This document shows, piece after piece, positions 29,430-32,000 of a DNA stretch of 32,000 bases. The position numbers and the translations under genes were made by a program. A model generated the notes under the pieces. That model saw only the letters and a program-made list of their open reading frames with translations, did no database searches and was not told the DNA's origin. The DNA comes from Phycisphaera mikurensis NBRC 102666 (lineage in GTDB: Bacteria; Planctomycetota; Phycisphaerae; Phycisphaerales; Phycisphaeraceae), in contig NC_017080.1 of assembly GCF_000284115.1 (NCBI RefSeq), positions 3,420,001 through 3,452,000 of the forward strand, read 5' to 3'. Each line of letters starts with the position of its first letter. The first letter of the stretch is position 1.

Positions 29430-30881
29430 TCACCTGCCCGGTGGCTCCGCAGCTCCGCGGAGAAGCGGGGCGATCACCCGCTCCAGCACCGCCTCCGAAG
29501 CCTCGTCGAGCACGTACTCGGCACGCTCCGCGTCGTCGGGCACCCGGATCACCCAGTTGCCCCAGCGGCGGACCAGCAGCGTCGCGGACCGCCCGCTCAC
29601 GCCGTGCGCGAGCGTGACCGCACCGGCGTAGCCACGCGGGAGGTCGTCGGCGTCCCCCGGCGACGCGATGGCGGCTTCGGAGGTGCCGTCGTGGTACAGC
29701 CGCTCGGGCGGCCGCAGGCGGCGTTCGCCGCGCAGCGAGAGCAGGGCCTCGAGCACGGCGGTGGGTTGGGTGTCGGCGGCGGCACCGCCCACCGCCACGA
29801 AGCGGCCCTCCGCGTCCCGCTCGAAGAGCACCGGGGACGGCCCGCCCGCCGGGGGCTCCAGCCGCAGCGAGGTCACCTCGGCCGCTTCCGCGGTGAACAC
29901 GCGGTCGTCGGCGATGGTCGCCCGCCCGCCCGCGAGGGCGGAGACCGTCGGCGGCAGCCGGAGGATCGGCGACCGAAGCGTGGCGCTCCCCTCCCGCCGC
30001 TCCAGCCGCGCGAACACGCTGTCGTCGCCCACGCCCGCGGTGCGGCCCAGCAGCAGCGTGGTCCGCCGCCCCCCCTCCTCGATGAGGTCCCACGCCGCCG
30101 CGGGCTGGCTGAGCCCGAAGACCGCCGGCCGGGCCGTGGCCGCGCCGCCTTCGAGCAGCTCGCGGGCGTAGAGCCCGTCGGTGAGCTCGCGCATGGTCTC
30201 GATCACGCCCGGCCGCACGGGCGCTCCGTCGTCCGCCAGCCGCCACCGGTCCCGGTCTCGCAGCAGCGTCACGGAGGCCCGCTCCCCCTCGCCGCGGAGG
30301 GCCATCTCCACGACGGCCCCCAGCGGCGGCAGCGGCACGCGGGGGTCGAACCAGCCCGCGTCGCGGCGGGCGTAGACGAAGGTGTGGAGCCCGTCCGGCA
30401 GCGTGATCAGGCGGCCCCGGAGCCGCGCGTCCTCCGACTCTTCGACCTGCGCGAAGCTCCGCCCGCCCGGCATGCTCTCGCCGAGGGCGACGCGGGTGAC
30501 GCCGGAGTCGTCCACCACCTCCACCACCGCGCGGGGGGGGTCCAGCGAGGCCTCCCGCGGCGTTGGCCCCTCACCCGGTGCATAGATCTGCTGCGTCACT
30601 GCGCCGGCCAGCGTTCGCGTGATCTCCCGCCCGGCGGCCTCGGACAGCGGGAACCACACCGGGCTGACCTGGCTCCAGTAGCCGCCTTCGCGTCGGAAGA
30701 CCGTCGCTTCGGCCCCCCGCTCGACGCGGACCGCCAGCGGCGAGGAGCCAAAGAGGGGCTGCCCGGCCGGCGCTCCCGCCCCGGGCACGCTCCCGCCCCC
30801 GCGGCTGGCGAGCCAGAGCACGCCGAACGTGGCGAGGGTGACGAGCAGCAGCGCAGGGGTTCGCAGGTTCATGGCGGCCAC
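29430..30881 (-). CDS. membrane-anchored/secreted hypothetical protein (DUF4340-like)
   Basis: 483-aa ORF with an N-terminal anchor (MAAMNLRTPALLLVTLATFGVLWLA). Repeated beta-rich modules with W..x..P motifs (GGYWSQVSPVWFPLSEAAGREI) remind me of DUF4340. The family assignment is from memory only. Confidence 0.5.
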   Translation of the reverse strand: MAAMNLRTPALLLVTLATFGVLWLASRGGGSVPGAGAPAGQPLFGSSPLAVRVERGAEATVFRREGGYWSQVSPVWFPLSEAAGREITRTLAGAVTQQIYAPGEGPTPREASLDPPRAVVEVVDDSGVTRVALGESMPGGRSFAQVEESEDARLRGRLITLPDGLHTFVYARRDAGWFDPRVPLPPLGAVVEMALRGEGERASVTLLRDRDRWRLADDGAPVRPGVIETMRELTDGLYARELLEGGAATARPAVFGLSQPAAAWDLIEEGGRRTTLLLGRTAGVGDDSVFARLERREGSATLRSPILRLPPTVSALAGGRATIADDRVFTAEAAEVTSLRLEPPAGGPSPVLFERDAEGRFVAVGGAAADTQPTAVLEALLSLRGERRLRPPERLYHDGTSEAAIASPGDADDLPRGYAGAVTLAHGVSGRSATLLVRRWGNWVIRVPDDAERAEYVLDEASEAVLERVIAPLLRGAAEPPGR

Positions 30882-30966
30882 GCAGACCCCGGAGGGGATC
30901 CACCCGGGTGCTATCGGTCCGATCCGCCCGCGGCCTGCCGCCGCGGCGGGAGAGGCGCGGCGCGGA

Positions 30967-31836
30967 TCACCGGCCGTCGGTCAGCACGTCGCAGCCGGTC
31001 TCGGTGACCGCGATCGTGTGTTCGTAGTGCGCCGCCGGGAGCCCGTCTGCGGTCACGACGGTCCAGCCGTCCGCCAGGGTCTGCACGTCGGCCGTTCCCT
31101 GGTTGCACATCGGCTCCACCGCCAGCACCATGCCCGGACGCAGGTCGATGTCGTGGCGGAGCAGGTCGCGGTTCACGAAGTTGGGCACCTTGGGTTCCTG
31201 GTGCATCGTGTCGCCGATCCCGTGACCCACGAAGTCGCGGACGACGCCGTAGCCGCGGGCCTCCGCGTAGCCCTGCATCAACCGGGCGACCTGGCTCCAC
31301 CGGCGGCCGGGCTTGATGTTCTCCACGGCGATGCGCAGCACGTGCTCGGTCTCCTCGCAGAGCCGCCTCGTCGCCGGCGCAACGTCGCCGACGAGGATCG
31401 TTGTCGCCGCGTCACCGCACCACCCGTCGAGGCGGACGCCGCAGTCCACCCCCACGATGTCGCCGTCGCGGATCGGCTCGTCGTTCGCGATCCCGTGCAC
31501 CACCACCTCGTTCACCGAGATGCACAGGTTCGAAGGGAAGCCCTCCCCGGGCACGTAGGTCGGGTAGTGCTTGAAGAGGCCCTCTGCGCCCCGCTCCGCG
31601 ATGAGAGCGCCCGCCGCCTCATCGATCATGCGGGTGGTGTTTCCGGGCTTGGCCATCTCCCGGCACAGGTCGTGGACCTCCACCACCAGCCGCCCCGCCA
31701 CCCGCATCTTCTCGATCTGCTCTCGCGTCTTCAGCTGGATCCCCGCGTTCCCCCCGCGCGTGGACCCGCTGGCCTTGGGCTTCTTCGCCTTCGGCCGCTT
31801 CGCCAGCAACCCTCGTCGCCCACGCTTAGCGGCCAC
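30967..31836 (-). CDS. map: type I methionine aminopeptidase with a Lys/Arg-rich N-terminal extension
   Basis: VVHGIANDEPIRDGDIVGVDCG, FVGHGIG, GMVLAVEPM and HYEHTIAVTETG (metal ligands D, D, H, E, E). GTG start 31834-31836 with GGAGG 5 nt upstream. Confidence 0.93.
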   Translation of the reverse strand: MAAKRGRRGLLAKRPKAKKPKASGSTRGGNAGIQLKTREQIEKMRVAGRLVVEVHDLCREMAKPGNTTRMIDEAAGALIAERGAEGLFKHYPTYVPGEGFPSNLCISVNEVVVHGIANDEPIRDGDIVGVDCGVRLDGWCGDAATTILVGDVAPATRRLCEETEHVLRIAVENIKPGRRWSQVARLMQGYAEARGYGVVRDFVGHGIGDTMHQEPKVPNFVNRDLLRHDIDLRPGMVLAVEPMCNQGTADVQTLADGWTVVTADGLPAAHYEHTIAVTETGCDVLTDGR

Positions 31837-32000
31837 GGGAACCTCCGGAGCTCAGCGGGATGGGGAGCCGCGAACAAGCCGTGGATGCACGCGGATGAAG
31901 AGGGACACGAAACCCGTGGCGATGCCACAAGGCGTACGCGGGCGCAGCGGCAGCGGGCCTGGAAGAACCAGCACGTCGCAGAAGCAAAGCGGAAGCCACC

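Noticed and set aside
31837-32000. A possible 3' end of an upstream minus-strand gene (for example adk or secY, which often precede map) and the small ORF 31731..31928.
   Set aside because: The translations in all three minus frames show no recognisable C-terminal motifs and mixed codon bias. There is too little sequence at the window edge to support a call.

Overview
This is a 32-kb, very GC-rich (roughly 70%) bacterial chromosomal segment. Most long ORFs in the six-frame track are GC-driven shadow ORFs. Using motifs, third-position GC bias and start-site context, I accept about 25 CDS. The gene content (a PEP-CTERM protein, an N-terminal LEPLEKRELLS motif, a GxxExxY cassette, DUF58/BatA genes) suggests a Planctomycetota/Verrucomicrobiota-like organism; this is inference only. 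Ordinary genes include prfB, map, an SDR, an MDR oxidoreductase with a divergent ArsR-type regulator, an MBL hydrolase, a GH94-like enzyme and a secreted SGNH-PKD-PA14 protein. The region of interest is a co-directional minus-strand cluster from 18.7 kb down to 6.5 kb. In order it encodes a DUF58 protein, a BatA-like membrane protein, an NfeD/YqiJ-like protein, a 665-aa flotillin and an 1800-aa AAA+ protein. The AAA+ protein has a beta-rich N-domain, a long helical region, a MoxR/midasin-like ATPase core and a repeat-bearing C-terminus. I regard the NfeD-flotillin-giant ATPase triad as the best candidate for an uncharacterised membrane-associated system. The locus carries a family of CTCTGTG/CTCTGCG-rich inverted-repeat elements. 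One carries a GxxExxY (PD-(D/E)XK-like) gene between flotillin and the ATPase, one is an ORF-less hairpin upstream of flotillin, and one solo arm lies in frame inside the ATPase gene. Other observations: a diverged orphan copy of the ATPase 3' end lies 2.4 kb downstream of it, and the ATPase has a near-perfect 81-bp in-frame tandem repeat. An IS630-family element with a TA duplication in a CTAG site sits 11 nt upstream of the DUF58 start. Several unlinked genes share an 18-nt start context, CCGTAGCSTCCGCCSATG, compatible with leaderless transcription. No rRNA, tRNA or CRISPR array was recognised.
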